This document shows, one piece after another, positions 38,301 through 47,836 of a DNA stretch of 64,000 bases (positions are counted from its first letter, which is position 1; each line of letters starts with the position of its first letter). This DNA comes from Bacteroidales bacterium (GTDB lineage: Bacteria; Bacteroidota; Bacteroidia; Bacteroidales; UBA3663): NCBI GenBank assembly GCA_017561935.1, contig JAFZBE010000043.1:1982-65981 (forward strand), read 5' to 3'. A program made the position numbers and the translations under genes. The notes below the pieces were generated by a model that was given only the letters and a program-made list of their open reading frames with translations, was not told the DNA's origin and did not search any database.

Positions 38301-40062
38301 TCAGCCCAAGAACAACAACAAAAAGACGCAGAACGACACAAAGACCAAGGCGAAGAAGGACTACAAACAACAGATCAAACTGGTCGGGAACGACACTACC
38401 ATCGTCCTCAAGCATTCACTCGACACGCGTCGCATCATCGTCTCGGCGAAGGACAACGAGACCGGTCTTACCTATCCGCTCAATTACAAGAGGGTGGACA
38501 ATAACAACATCCGGATCAGCACCTCGGACAGTGCGACTATCGAGGTGGTAATCAAGGCAGGCAAGCCCTTTGACGACGAGATCTGGTACAAGACTATGCA
38601 GGTAGGTTCACGAATCCTCATGGCAGTGCGCAGCATCCAAGTAGGCTATAAGCAGACGCAAGACACTTATCTACCTTACTTCCAGTCGAACGTGGGAGAC
38701 TTCTACGGACAAGGACCGAGCGATGCCGGCCTCGTGCCAGGACTGGGCTTTGCCTTCGGCCTCGAGAATGGCGAATCCTTTACCGAGAAAGCTGCACGCA
38801 ACGGTTGGCTGATCGTCAACGATTCGCTCACCTCTCCTGCCGTCTATAACTTCACGAAGGACCTCACCTACTCGGCCGTCCTTGAACCCTGGACCGGTCT
38901 GAAGATCAACATCAACGGAACATGGAAAAACAATGAACGCAAGTCTAACCAGTTCATGTATCCCGACCTTCCCATCACCCGTTCGGGCTCGTTCCAAATG
39001 ACCACCATCGCCATCGGCTCCAGCTTCGGTGGCAATGATGCAGGCGACAACTATTCGAGCGAGGTCTTCCACCAGTTCATCCTCAATCGAGAAATCATCT
39101 ACCAGCGTCTTCTCGCAAGATATGCTGAAACTGTCTTCCCATCCGAGGGTGGATTCATCAGCAACATGGACAACAAGGATTTTGCAGGAAAGAATGTTGT
39201 CAGCTACAACCCCGAGACAGGGTTGTACGAACAGCCTTTTGGAGCCTCCCGAATCAATTCGAGCGATATCCTGGTCCCTGCCTTTGTCGCTGCCTATCTG
39301 GGCGGTGACGCACACACCGTCAGCCTCAACCCGATTCCTAAGATGTGGAAGGCATTGCCCAACTGGAAGGTCACCTACGATGGCCTGCTTCAGCTGTTCC
39401 CGAAACTCTCGAAGTGGTTCAAGACCATTCAGTTCAGCCATGCATATAACTGTACGTACGCCATCGGCAACTACCAGACCTACACCAACTATGTTGAACT
39501 GGAAGAAGGTCTTGGCTATACGCTCGATGTGACCAATAACTGCCCACTACCCTCGTCGGAGTTTGATATCGGCACAGTGACATTGACCGAGAGCTGGGCA
39601 CCCCTCGGTGGCGTGAATGCAACACTTGTCAACGGTCTCACCGTGAGAGGCGAATACAAACATACACGTTCGGTTTCGCTGGCGATGTCGAGTGCACAGA
39701 TCACCGAAAACGTCTCGAAGGACATGACCCTCGGACTTGGCTATAAGATTCTCAACTTCAACCAGAAGATTGGCATGCCCGATGGCAATCAGAAGGGCGT
39801 AAGCCACGACCTCAACCTGAAGTTTGACATGACTTACAAGAACCAGATGTCACTGCTTCGCAAAATCAACGACGAATATACACAAGCCACTTCCGGCAAC
39901 TCCGCATGGTCATTCAAGTTCTCGGCCGATTACCAGTTCTCGAAGATGCTGCAGATGAAACTCTACTATGATAGGCAGGTCAACACACCGCTCATCTCGA
40001 CATCTTATCCTACGGTCAACAGCGATTTCGGCATGACATTGACCCTTCAACTCACCCGCTAA
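32359..40062 (+). CDS. sprA: T9SS translocon SprA (Sov)
   Basis: 2567 aa. N-terminal LKTPENVKTVVEYDWKNNRYLIKT matches the SprA N-terminal pattern I remember. Beta-rich throughout. Confidence 0.85.
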   Translation: MRQIKGNHQLRVLGLGMICAILFGSLAYGYAPTTMYVPELPQSQVNGPQSQISEEEKDSVYHSRYPVAPTTPDMAPDLEKAHPADLKTPENVKTVVEYDWKNNRYLIKTMLGEQQIGNPIPMTMQEYSKYTERKQRGAYFLDQYHKAVEEEEGKGDFDLLDMQFSLGPAEKLFGPGGIRVKTQGSASLSMGMKHNVVDNPTLSERARDQWTFDFDEQIQLNMKASIGSKMSFDLNYNTQATFDFDATQFKLAFAGEEDDIVQNLEAGNVSMTTGNSLISGGASLFGIKSQLKFGKLNITALLAKQESTSKTVSSKGGVTKRTYEILPTEYDENRHYFLGHYFRDTYDQNMEKLPLISSGIEITKIEVWMTNKRSSYDNARNILAFADLGESNPEEMQHPGWASTTGTLAPANGNNTLYSTLRDNYPALRDITLVSSTMPTIAIPGSADMMESGADYEKIESARLLSSSEYSLNSALGYLSLKTQIDDDCVLAVAFQYTKGGQTYQVGEFSTDNSDNTSKTLYVKLLKSTAGNPEHSIWDLMMKNIYSLGVTNLQQSNFTMQIQYLTDSIGVYTNYINEGPIAQQLLIKVMNLDQLNSHQERHSDGQFDWVAGYTVQASTGRIIFPVVEPFGSHLAKKLGNDPTLVSRYCYPNLYSQTLTDAEQDAEHNKFRIRGDYTASSGAEISLGAMNVARGSVRVTAGGTTLTEGSDYTVDYTMGIVTILNESIIESGTNVSVSLEDQSEYSLQRKTMMGLDLQYDWSKDLTFGATVINLSETPLTRKVSMSEIPINNTIYGFNFKWNKDFMWLTNALGAIPWIKATTPSNFSIEGEWAQLIASHSDEIGSNGSIYIDDFESSESSTNLAVPTLWQLSSTPASIEGRDVGGMLFSTAYNDRRAHLAWYRIDNLFTSQTSNLTPAHIKNDLVQLCDPRVRQVTFEEIYPNKELEYGETGILDVMNLSYYPRERGQYNVSASRMQSDGTLINPQENWGGMMRAMDVTNFESANYEYIEFWMMDPFIDVEGDDTWKPNDEGKLILQLGEISEDILKDGYKSFENGLDINGDLSAIKETTWGRVSTRTSTVYAFDNSSSSHAAQDVGLDGLSTLDEATFPTYQSYVDSLRQKVSPDVLASWQNDEYSPINDPAGDNYHYFRGSALDNNNVSILNRYKYINGAEGNAPSTADSQESYSTAYKSTPDVEDINSDNTLNENERFYEYDIELVRGHMNLAENKYLADISTRQVRLRDGLTHEVKWYLFRVPLRSPDRREGNISNFKSIRFMRMLMTGWQEAQVLRLATLDLVRSDWRTYSNDLSDPGYPQSSDALLSSSTVNIEEHSGSLPVNYVLPPGISRIVTPGTNAVQQNEQALALKISNLDPHDAKAVYKSSGLDLRQYDNLQLFAHMHANAGEEDQLQDGDLAVFLRVGSDYKDNYYEYEVPLHKTFAGNYNNNSTSDRLLVWPEDNMINVELSKFTALKRERNAKKEQGYEGVSYTLEYSAYDEDNKSNRISVKGNPSLGECTVFMIGVRNVGRATRSAVVWVNELRTDGMDESGGWAARGNATLRISDLATINGSGSYTSAGWGTVEQSTAVRSLSKDYEYNISGQTDIGKWLPSQIKLNAPFYYSYSKSVSTPKYDPYNEDLTVDETLDTYPTDRQKDSIKALVQTTAETKSLSLTGVKFDVKSKHAMPWDPANVTMGYSQNKQTSHDPTTEYEYNNTYKGNINYNWSPYFKPWKPFATKQGNNAKGNANARTGRDSQEQRRSNATNSRTNASNSKAPFKKLKDDFQFNWLPNNISLSAQVNRTYHEEQLRNVETYESDFTIPVSYTKTFTMLRQTSISWDITKSLKVNFQSASNARIDEPDTPVNRYLYPDEYERWKDTIWTQIWKLGTPVDYNQSFDVTWNIPINKITWTDWINMSAKYKSTYQWNRGTQIDEETSTGNTIQNNAQWQIDGKFNFETLYNKSKFLKKVNDKFKAQQSNNSRNNRNQPKNNNKKTQNDTKTKAKKDYKQQIKLVGNDTTIVLKHSLDTRRIIVSAKDNETGLTYPLNYKRVDNNNIRISTSDSATIEVVIKAGKPFDDEIWYKTMQVGSRILMAVRSIQVGYKQTQDTYLPYFQSNVGDFYGQGPSDAGLVPGLGFAFGLENGESFTEKAARNGWLIVNDSLTSPAVYNFTKDLTYSAVLEPWTGLKININGTWKNNERKSNQFMYPDLPITRSGSFQMTTIAIGSSFGGNDAGDNYSSEVFHQFILNREIIYQRLLARYAETVFPSEGGFISNMDNKDFAGKNVVSYNPETGLYEQPFGASRINSSDILVPAFVAAYLGGDAHTVSLNPIPKMWKALPNWKVTYDGLLQLFPKLSKWFKTIQFSHAYNCTYAIGNYQTYTNYVELEEGLGYTLDVTNNCPLPSSEFDIGTVTLTESWAPLGGVNATLVNGLTVRGEYKHTRSVSLAMSSAQITENVSKDMTLGLGYKILNFNQKIGMPDGNQKGVSHDLNLKFDMTYKNQMSLLRKINDEYTQATSGNSAWSFKFSADYQFSKMLQMKLYYDRQVNTPLISTSYPTVNSDFGMTLTLQLTR

Positions 40063-40101
40063 AATGCAAAATAAGGGGGGCACAAACGACTCTAAACTTA
40101 C

Positions 40102-40143
40102 AAATCGGACATGTTTCGCCAAAAAATATGTCCGATTTTTTTG
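40102..40143 (+). terminator. rho-independent terminator after sprA
   Basis: AAATCGGACAT-loop-ATGTCCGATTT followed by a T-run. Confidence 0.7.
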
Positions 40144-40162
40144 TTACATTATAAATAATGAG

Positions 40163-40170
40163 TATATTTG
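40163..40170 (+). promoter_or_regulatory. -7 box TAtaTTTG upstream of pheT
   Basis: Exact TAnnTTTG match, ~47 nt before the ATG at 40217. Confidence 0.5.
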
Positions 40171-40216
40171 CGCGCGATTTTTAACGCGTAATAAGCAATA
40201 AAACAAGATACATTCT

Positions 40217-42808
40217 ATGAACATTTCCTACAAGTGGCTGAAGGATTATCTGAAGTTCGACCTCACACCCGAGGAGACTTCGGCAGCCCTTACTTCCATC
40301 GGTCTCGAAACAGAAGGCGTTGAAGAGATCGAATCCATCCGCGGTGGTCTCAAGGGCCTTGTCATCGGACAGGTGCTGACATGTGACGTACACCCCAACT
40401 CCGACCACATGCACGTCACCACCGTTAACTTAGGCAATTCGCAGTGGGTAGCTGATGCCTACGGCACACTCTGCACGAAGGACGAGGCAGGCAACACCAT
40501 CGCACAAATCGTTTGTGGAGCTCCCAATGTGGCCGCTGGTCAGAAGGTTGTCGTTGCCACACTCGGTACCACCCTTTATGATGGTGACCAGACCTTCAAC
40601 ATCAAGAAAGCCAAGTTGCGTGGTATAGAATCGAACGGCATGATTTGCGCCGAGGACGAGATTGGTGTAGGCACCGACCACAGCGGAATCATCGTTCTCC
40701 CCGAGGACACTCCCGTTGGTATGCCAGCTTCCGAATATTATCATCTGGAGAGCGACTATTGCATCGCTGTTGATATCACTCCTAACCGCGTGGACGCAGC
40801 TTCACACTACGGAATCGCCCGCGACCTCAATGCGTACCTTGGTGCGCATGACCTTCCACACGAACTCACCAAACCATCCGTCGCAGAATTCGAGAAGGTT
40901 CTTGAGTCAGACAAAGCCATCCATGTGAATTACAAGCCCATCTCCATCAAAGTCGAAAATACCGAGGCTTGTCCACGATATTCCGGTCTCACCATCGCTG
41001 GTGTGACCGTGAAGGAGTCGCCCGAGTGGCTGCAAAACCGTCTGAAGGCCATCGGGCTGCGTCCCATCAACAACATCGTCGATATCACCAACTACATTCT
41101 TTTTGAGACTGCCGTGCCCATGCACACCTTTGATGCCGATAAGATCAAAGGTGGTCAGATAGTCGTTAGAACCTGCGCCAACGGCACTCCCTTCATTACC
41201 CTTGACGGACAGGAACACAAGCTTTCGGAGAGCGACCTGATGATCTGCAATGCCGAAGACCCCATGTGCATCGCTGGTGTATTCGGTGGTCTCGAATCAG
41301 GCACAACGGAGCAAACCACCAATGTCTTCCTCGAGTGCGCCTGCTTCCATCCCACCTGGGTTCGCAAGACGGCACGCCGTCAGCAACTTTCGACAGATGC
41401 ATCTTTCCGTTATGAGCGTGGTGTTGACATCAACAACATCCCATACGCACTTCGTCGCGCTGCCCTCCTTGTCAAGGAGTTGGCAGGAGGCACCATCGTA
41501 AGCGACATTCAAGATGTTTATCCTGTCAAGAATGTTCCGGTTGTCGTAGATCTCACCTACAAGCGCGTAAATACGCTCTCGGGCATCAAGATTGCTCCTG
41601 AAAGGGTGAAGCAGATTCTCGGACTCCTCGAGATGGAGATTCTCTCGGAGAATAATGAGGGCTTGACGATACAGATTCCCGCTTACCGTGTGGATGTCAC
41701 CCGCGACTGCGATGTTATCGAAGACATCCTCCGTATCTATGGCTACGACCGTGTGGAACTCCCCGGCACCGTACGCACCAGTGCTGTCGGAAGAACTGCA
41801 ACAGACGTTTCGAACAGCCTCCAACAGATCATCAGCGAACAGCTCACTGGTGCCGGCTTCAACGAGATCTTGTGCAATTCGCTTACGGCCGAGGCATTCT
41901 ATGAGGGTCTGGAGACCTTCCCACAGAGCAAGCTTGTCCATGTGATGAACCCGCTTTCGAGCGACCTCAACGTGATGCGACAGACACTCCTCTTCGGTGG
42001 TCTGCAGTCCATCAGCCGCAACATCAACCACAAGTCGCCCAACTGTCGCTTCTACGAGTTCGGCAACACCTCCTTCTACAATGCCGAGAAGCAGGCAGTG
42101 ATCAACAACCAGGTGGCCAGTGGTGAGAAGACGGCACTCGAAGTACAACAAGAGGGCCGTGCCCTCGCCGGTTATTCCGAGGAAAGTCATCTGGGACTCT
42201 GGCTGACAGGCAATCGCCATCAGGGTTCGTGGGCTGTTGCCGATACAAAGGCCACCGTATTCGAACTCAAGGCAGCCGTGCTCAACATCCTGAGGCGTCT
42301 TGGTCTCGACATCGCACTGCGCCAGAAGCAGTTCAACTCCGACATCTTCGCCGTTGGTCTTGACATCACTAATCCAAAAGGCAAGGTGTTGGCAACCCTC
42401 GGTATCGTTTCGAACAAGATACTGACCCGCTTCGACATTGATCAGGAGGTTTGCTATGCTGATCTCAATTGGAAAGCCCTCATGAAGGATGCTGCCAAGG
42501 TGAAGGTCGAGCAGCAGGAGATTGCCAAGTTCCCGCCAGTGAAGCGTGACCTGGCCCTTCTCGTTGACCAGAGCGTACAGTTCGCCGACATCGAGCGCAT
42601 AGCCTACGACACAGAGAAGCGTCTCCTCAAGAGCGTCACCCTCTTCGACGTTTATGAAGGCAAGAACCTCCCCGCCGGCAAGAAGTCGTATGCCATCTCA
42701 CTCATCCTCCAGGATACCGAGAAGACACTCAACGACAAGGCCATCGATGCCACCATGCAGAAGTTCATCAAGATGTTTGAGACGAAACTCGGTGCATCTC
42801 TCCGTTAA
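40217..42808 (+). CDS. pheT: phenylalanine--tRNA ligase beta subunit
   Basis: MNISYKWLKDYL start. IVCGAPNV tRNA-binding domain motif. B3/4, B5 and FDX-ACB order consistent with PheT. Confidence 0.92.
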   Translation: MNISYKWLKDYLKFDLTPEETSAALTSIGLETEGVEEIESIRGGLKGLVIGQVLTCDVHPNSDHMHVTTVNLGNSQWVADAYGTLCTKDEAGNTIAQIVCGAPNVAAGQKVVVATLGTTLYDGDQTFNIKKAKLRGIESNGMICAEDEIGVGTDHSGIIVLPEDTPVGMPASEYYHLESDYCIAVDITPNRVDAASHYGIARDLNAYLGAHDLPHELTKPSVAEFEKVLESDKAIHVNYKPISIKVENTEACPRYSGLTIAGVTVKESPEWLQNRLKAIGLRPINNIVDITNYILFETAVPMHTFDADKIKGGQIVVRTCANGTPFITLDGQEHKLSESDLMICNAEDPMCIAGVFGGLESGTTEQTTNVFLECACFHPTWVRKTARRQQLSTDASFRYERGVDINNIPYALRRAALLVKELAGGTIVSDIQDVYPVKNVPVVVDLTYKRVNTLSGIKIAPERVKQILGLLEMEILSENNEGLTIQIPAYRVDVTRDCDVIEDILRIYGYDRVELPGTVRTSAVGRTATDVSNSLQQIISEQLTGAGFNEILCNSLTAEAFYEGLETFPQSKLVHVMNPLSSDLNVMRQTLLFGGLQSISRNINHKSPNCRFYEFGNTSFYNAEKQAVINNQVASGEKTALEVQQEGRALAGYSEESHLGLWLTGNRHQGSWAVADTKATVFELKAAVLNILRRLGLDIALRQKQFNSDIFAVGLDITNPKGKVLATLGIVSNKILTRFDIDQEVCYADLNWKALMKDAAKVKVEQQEIAKFPPVKRDLALLVDQSVQFADIERIAYDTEKRLLKSVTLFDVYEGKNLPAGKKSYAISLILQDTEKTLNDKAIDATMQKFIKMFETKLGASLR

Positions 42809-42865
42809 TTCTTTAAGAAACATAAATTAAAAATAATAAAACCCTAAGAATAAAAAGACAAAACT

Positions 42866-43600
42866 ATGGGAAGAGCGTTTGAATATCGCAAAGCACGCAT
42901 TATGGCGCGCAACAGCAAGAACAGCAAGATGTTCTCAAAACTCAGCAAGGAAATCACCATGTGCGTGAAGGCTTCTGGTCCTGATCCCGACAACAACAGC
43001 CGTCTGCGTACCCTCATTGCAACTGCCAAGTCGGCAAGTATGCCCAAGGATACCATCGACCGTGCCATCAAGAAGGGCAGCGACACCGATGCCGGCAACT
43101 ATAAGGAACTCACTTACGAAGGATACGGCCCATTCGGCATCGCTATCGTCGTGGAGGCAGCTACTGACAACAATACCCGTACCGTTGCCAACGTACGTTC
43201 CTACTTCACCAAGTACGGCGGTACCCTCGGCACCTCTGGTTCGCTGAGCTTCCTCTTCGCTCACAAGTCGGTATTCACCGTGAAGGCCAAGGAAGGTGTT
43301 GACATGGACGAGCTCGAACTCGAACTGATCGACTACGGTGTAGATGAGTTGTACTTCGACGAGGAAGAGAACACCATTACCGCATACGGCGAATATGAGT
43401 CGTACGCCCAGATGCAGCAGTATTTCGAAGAGAATGGTTTCGAGATCGTCAGTGCCGAATTCGTACGCATTCCCAACGACACCAAGGAAGTGACGCCAGA
43501 GCAGCGCGAGACCCTCGACAAGCTGCTTGCCAAGTTTGATGAAGACGAGGATGTCACCAACGTCTTCACCAACATCAAGGAGGAGGACGAGGAGGAGTAA
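42866..43600 (+). CDS. YebC/PmpR family DNA-binding regulator
   Basis: MGRAFEYRKA... and YEGYGPFGIAI motifs. 244 aa. Confidence 0.9.
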   Translation: MGRAFEYRKARIMARNSKNSKMFSKLSKEITMCVKASGPDPDNNSRLRTLIATAKSASMPKDTIDRAIKKGSDTDAGNYKELTYEGYGPFGIAIVVEAATDNNTRTVANVRSYFTKYGGTLGTSGSLSFLFAHKSVFTVKAKEGVDMDELELELIDYGVDELYFDEEENTITAYGEYESYAQMQQYFEENGFEIVSAEFVRIPNDTKEVTPEQRETLDKLLAKFDEDEDVTNVFTNIKEEDEEE

Positions 43601-43666
43601 TAATCCCCTCCCGCTCACCTTTCTTAATTCATTATTGGCAAATTTTTCGCGCGTACATCTTAATAT

Positions 43667-45229
43667 ATGTCAATTCAACTACAAAAGATACAGGAACTAA
43701 TCAAGAATCGCGAGACTGCACGCCTTGGCGGTGGCGAGAAGCGCATTGCTGCCCAGCACGCCAAAGGCAAGCAGACCGCTCGCGAGCGTATTGATGCGCT
43801 GGTCGATCCAGGTTCGTTCGAAGAGACCGACATGTTCCTTGTCCATCGTTGCACAAACTTCGGCACCGACAAGTCACACCCGTTTGGCGACGGTGTTGTC
43901 ACAGGTTCGGCCACCATCGGCGGACGCCTTGTCTTCCTCTATGCCCAGGACTTCACCGTCAGCGGAGGATCGCTCAGCGTCACCATGGCCGAGAAGATTT
44001 GCAAGATCATGGACATGGCCATGCGTGTAGGCGCTCCATTCATTGGGCTGAATGACTCGGGTGGCGCCCGCATTCAAGAGGGTATCGCGTCGATGGCCGG
44101 TTTCGGCGAGATTTTCGAACGCAACATCCTTGCTTCGGGTGTCATCCCGCAGATCTCCTGCATCATGGGGCCGTGCGCAGGCGGTTCGGTCTATTCCCCC
44201 GCCCTCACCGACTTTGTGCTGATGGTCAAGAACACGTCCTACATGTTCCTCACCGGACCCAAGGTCGTCAAGGAGGTACTGGGCGAAGTTGTCGATCAGG
44301 AGCAGCTTGGTGGCGCATCGGTTCATGCCACCAAGTCGGGCGTCGCCCATTTTGCTGCCGAAAACGAGGAGGAAGCCATCGGGATGATCCGTCAGCTGCT
44401 CAGCTATATCCCCCAGAACAACATGGAGGAGGCACCACGCATCAAATGCACCGACCCCGTGGACCGCATGGAGGATTCCCTCAACGAAATCATCCCCGAG
44501 TCGGCCAACCAGGCTTACGACATGTACCAGGTCATCGCCTCCATCGTTGACCATGGCGAAATGTTCGAAGTACATGCCGGCTGGGCCAAGAACATCATCG
44601 TAGGTTTTGCTCGCATGAACGGACAAAGCGTCGGCATCGTTGCCAATCAGCCCAGGGTGATGGCAGGATGTCTCGACTCTAATGCTTCACGTAAGGCCGC
44701 ACGTTTCGTGCGATTCTGTGATGCCTTCAATATTCCTCTTGTCACTCTCGTTGATGTACCGGGCTTCCTTCCTGGTACGGGACAGGAGTACAATGGCGTC
44801 ATCGATCATGGAGCTAAGTTGCTCTATGCCTACGGCGAATCCACCGTTCCCAAGGTCACTGTGACCCTTCGCAAGAGCTACGGAGGCTCGCATATCGTGA
44901 TGAGCTGCAAGCAGCTTCGCGGCGACGTCAACTATGCCTGGCCCTCAGCTGAGATTGCGGTCATGGGTTCTGGAGGTGCCGTTGAGGTGCTCTATGGCAA
45001 GGAAATCAAGGCAGCCGAGACTCCGGAGGCCAAGGCTGAGATCATTCAGGAGAAGAAGGCCGAGTACGAAAAGCTCTTCTGCAACCCCTATGATGCCGCC
45101 CATAAGGGCTACATCGATGATGTCATCGAACCGCGCAACACCCGTTTCCGCGTCATCCGTGCCCTTGAGAAGCTTCACAACAAGCGTGTCGAAAACCCCG
45201 CCAAGAAGCATGACAATCTGCCGCTCTAA
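43667..45229 (+). CDS. acyl-CoA carboxyltransferase (methylmalonyl-CoA decarboxylase alpha / propionyl-CoA carboxylase beta type)
   Basis: 520 aa. GGARIQEG and carboxyltransferase N and C halves. Followed by OadG-like and biotinyl-carrier genes. Confidence 0.88.
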   Translation: MSIQLQKIQELIKNRETARLGGGEKRIAAQHAKGKQTARERIDALVDPGSFEETDMFLVHRCTNFGTDKSHPFGDGVVTGSATIGGRLVFLYAQDFTVSGGSLSVTMAEKICKIMDMAMRVGAPFIGLNDSGGARIQEGIASMAGFGEIFERNILASGVIPQISCIMGPCAGGSVYSPALTDFVLMVKNTSYMFLTGPKVVKEVLGEVVDQEQLGGASVHATKSGVAHFAAENEEEAIGMIRQLLSYIPQNNMEEAPRIKCTDPVDRMEDSLNEIIPESANQAYDMYQVIASIVDHGEMFEVHAGWAKNIIVGFARMNGQSVGIVANQPRVMAGCLDSNASRKAARFVRFCDAFNIPLVTLVDVPGFLPGTGQEYNGVIDHGAKLLYAYGESTVPKVTVTLRKSYGGSHIVMSCKQLRGDVNYAWPSAEIAVMGSGGAVEVLYGKEIKAAETPEAKAEIIQEKKAEYEKLFCNPYDAAHKGYIDDVIEPRNTRFRVIRALEKLHNKRVENPAKKHDNLPL

Positions 45230-45272
45230 GGCGTAAAGAACTCTCGCCAATAGGCGGGAATCCCATAAGAAC

Positions 45273-45746
45273 ATGATGAAGAAAACTACAATCATTGCCT
45301 CGATGCTGGCTGGTACAGCTCCTGTTGCACTAGCAAGCAATGCCGACAATTTCGCCCAGAACGATCCCATCGGCTGGATGATGGCCATCATCTCCATGTC
45401 GGTGGTCTTTACCGCTCTGCTCGTCCTTTTCCTGTGCTTCAAGTACATCTATCCTCTTTTCGCCCTATTTGGTTTGAAGATGATGAAGTCGGCGCATCGC
45501 AAGAAGCAGTTCGAACAGATCACCGATCGGCGTGCGCAGATGCATCGCAACATGAAGGTGGTCGAGAAGTCGTCGGGTAAGAAGGTCGATGATGTTTCAC
45601 TCGCGGCCGCGATTGGCGTGGCGCTCTTCCTGCATGAAGATGGCATGCATGACAAAGAGTCAAATGTTCTCACCTTGGCACCCAACAACAGTTCCTGGAC
45701 GGGTGCCGGCAACAACCAGAAACGCTCTCCCATCCGTCGTTTCTAA
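45273..45746 (+). CDS. OadG-family small membrane subunit of a Na+-decarboxylase
   Basis: One TM segment (GWMMAIISMSVVFTALLVLFLCF). Position between the carboxyltransferase and the biotin carrier. Confidence 0.65.
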   Translation: MMKKTTIIASMLAGTAPVALASNADNFAQNDPIGWMMAIISMSVVFTALLVLFLCFKYIYPLFALFGLKMMKSAHRKKQFEQITDRRAQMHRNMKVVEKSSGKKVDDVSLAAAIGVALFLHEDGMHDKESNVLTLAPNNSSWTGAGNNQKRSPIRRF

Positions 45747-45763
45747 ACCCATAGAGCTTTTTT

Positions 45764-46207
45764 TTGATGAAGACCTATAAAATGAAGATCAATGGCAACG
45801 AATATGAAGTTGCCATCAAGGACGCCAACGGGCAGAACATTGAAGTCGATGTCAACGGCAAGACTTACACCGTTGAACTCGCTGATAGTGCTCGTGCTGA
45901 ACGTCCTACGCCTGTCATCACTCGCCCTGCTGCGCCTGCCTCTGCTGCCGTCACCCCTACAGTTGTCTCTTCTCCGCAGGAGGATTCCCACGCCGTCGGC
46001 GCCACCAAGTCGCCGCTGCCAGGCACTGTGCTTAGCATCAATGTCACTGTTGGCCAGTCGGTCAAGGCTAGCGATGTAGCCATCGTCCTCGAAGCCATGA
46101 AGATGGAGAACAACATCAACTGCGGACGCGATGGCGTAGTAAAGGCTATTTATGTCCAGAAGGGGGACAATGTCCTTGAGGCTGCCGACCTCCTCCTCAT
46201 TGAATAA
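45764..46207 (+). CDS. biotin carboxyl carrier (biotinyl/lipoyl domain) subunit
   Basis: EAMKMEN biotinylation motif. Ala/Pro linker. Confidence 0.88.
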   Translation: MMKTYKMKINGNEYEVAIKDANGQNIEVDVNGKTYTVELADSARAERPTPVITRPAAPASAAVTPTVVSSPQEDSHAVGATKSPLPGTVLSINVTVGQSVKASDVAIVLEAMKMENNINCGRDGVVKAIYVQKGDNVLEAADLLLIE

Positions 46208-46210
46208 TAA

Positions 46211-47797
46211 ATGAGAATCAAGCGCATTTATACGTTCATGCTGCAGACTTTTCTGCCGCTCTTCCTCATGACGTTCTTTATCTGCCTCTTCATCGTGTTG
46301 ATGCAGTTCCTGTGGCGTTATGTGGGAGATTTGGTAGGCAAGGGACTGGGCATCGACATCCTTGCGCAACTCTTTTTCTATGCCTCGCTCACCTTTGTGC
46401 CGATGGCATTGCCGCTGGGCATCCTTTTGGCTTCATTGATGACGTTCGGCAACCTGGGCGAGAGTCTCGAACTCCTGGCGATGAAGGCCTCAGGCATCTC
46501 TTTGCTCAAGATCATGAAGCCACTTACAGCTTTCATGGTAGTGCTGGCCATTGCCACGTTCTTCTTCCAGGACCGCATCCTGCCTTTGGCCAATACAAAG
46601 ATGTACTCCATCCTCATTGGCATCAAGCACACCTCGCCCGAACTCGAAATCCCCGAAGGCATCTTCTACAAGGAGATCAACAACTATAACATCTATGTCG
46701 ATCACAAGGACTACGATACGGGTATGCTGCATGGAGTGACCATCTATATCTTCGATGGCTCCAACATCGAGGATGCGACCGTCACCGTGGCCGACAGCGC
46801 CAAGATTGCCATGGCCGAAACCGGCAAGCACCTCAAGCTCACCCTATGGAGCGGTCAGCAGGTAGGCACTTTCCGTCAAGGCACCGGCAACAGCTACCAG
46901 CAACAGCAGAAACACCCCAAGTATCGTCGCGAATCCTTTTCCGAGAAGGAAGTGTATATTCCATACGACAATGGATTCGACACCGACGAAGAGTCTATCT
47001 CCGACCGCCATGTCGGCAAGAATCTGGCTCAGTTGTCACATTCAGTGGACTCCCTCAACCAGCGAATTGATTCCATCAATTACGGGTATGGGAAGAAACT
47101 GGTAAAAAGTGTTTACTACACGAGTGTACGCGAATCGGTAAAGGACGATTCGGCATACTTCGCCGAAAAAACCGAAAAGCCCCAGAAGATGGTGATCGAC
47201 CTCGACAGCATCTATGCGTCACTGACTCCGGAACAGATGGAGAAACTGACCGAGAAGGCGACATCACGTGCGAAAAACGTCATCCAGACCTTCGCCATCC
47301 AGCGTGAAATGCAGGCCTTCGAGCAGAAGAACGTGAACTATCATGCCATCGAGATGCACCGCAAGTTCACACTCTCCGTAGCTTGTCTGTTGTTCTTCTT
47401 CATTGGAGCACCTCTCGGTGCCATCATCCGCAAAGGAGGCATGGGCATTCCAATCATCACAGGTGTACTCTTCTTCATCTTCTACTACATCATCGACAAT
47501 ACGGGCTACAAGGCCGCCAAGAACGGCTCGATGCAACCGTGGTTCGGCACTTGGCTCTCATCGATGGTTCTTGCACCCATTGGTCTCTGGTTGACATGGC
47601 GTGCCGTTAACGACTCACCGCTCTTCGACTGGGACACCTACAAGATTCGCTTCACCCACCTGATGCGCAAGCTGATGCGTCGCAGTCGTCCCATCCTCGA
47701 GTTTGCCAAGCGACATCGCGAGCAGCGAAGCAACCACAGCGCATTCTTTGGCCGCAGGTTCCGCAAACGAAATAACACCGCCAATCCATTCTCATAG
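46211..47797 (+). CDS. LptF/LptG family permease with a basic C-terminal tail
   Basis: YjgP/YjgQ-like N-terminus (LQTFLPLFLMTFFICLFIVLMQFLW). Six TM segments with a large periplasmic insert. Confidence 0.8.
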   Translation: MRIKRIYTFMLQTFLPLFLMTFFICLFIVLMQFLWRYVGDLVGKGLGIDILAQLFFYASLTFVPMALPLGILLASLMTFGNLGESLELLAMKASGISLLKIMKPLTAFMVVLAIATFFFQDRILPLANTKMYSILIGIKHTSPELEIPEGIFYKEINNYNIYVDHKDYDTGMLHGVTIYIFDGSNIEDATVTVADSAKIAMAETGKHLKLTLWSGQQVGTFRQGTGNSYQQQQKHPKYRRESFSEKEVYIPYDNGFDTDEESISDRHVGKNLAQLSHSVDSLNQRIDSINYGYGKKLVKSVYYTSVRESVKDDSAYFAEKTEKPQKMVIDLDSIYASLTPEQMEKLTEKATSRAKNVIQTFAIQREMQAFEQKNVNYHAIEMHRKFTLSVACLLFFFIGAPLGAIIRKGGMGIPIITGVLFFIFYYIIDNTGYKAAKNGSMQPWFGTWLSSMVLAPIGLWLTWRAVNDSPLFDWDTYKIRFTHLMRKLMRRSRPILEFAKRHREQRSNHSAFFGRRFRKRNNTANPFS

Positions 47798-47836
47798 ATA
47801 GAACATATTATTCACAAAGAAACTTAAGGTATTTGT

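Noticed and set aside
43667-46207. The decarboxylase-type operon (carboxyltransferase, OadG-like, biotin carrier) lacks the Na+-pumping beta subunit; an LptF/G gene follows instead.
   Set aside because: Absence cannot be judged from a 64-kb window, since the beta subunit may be encoded elsewhere. Not enough for a finding.
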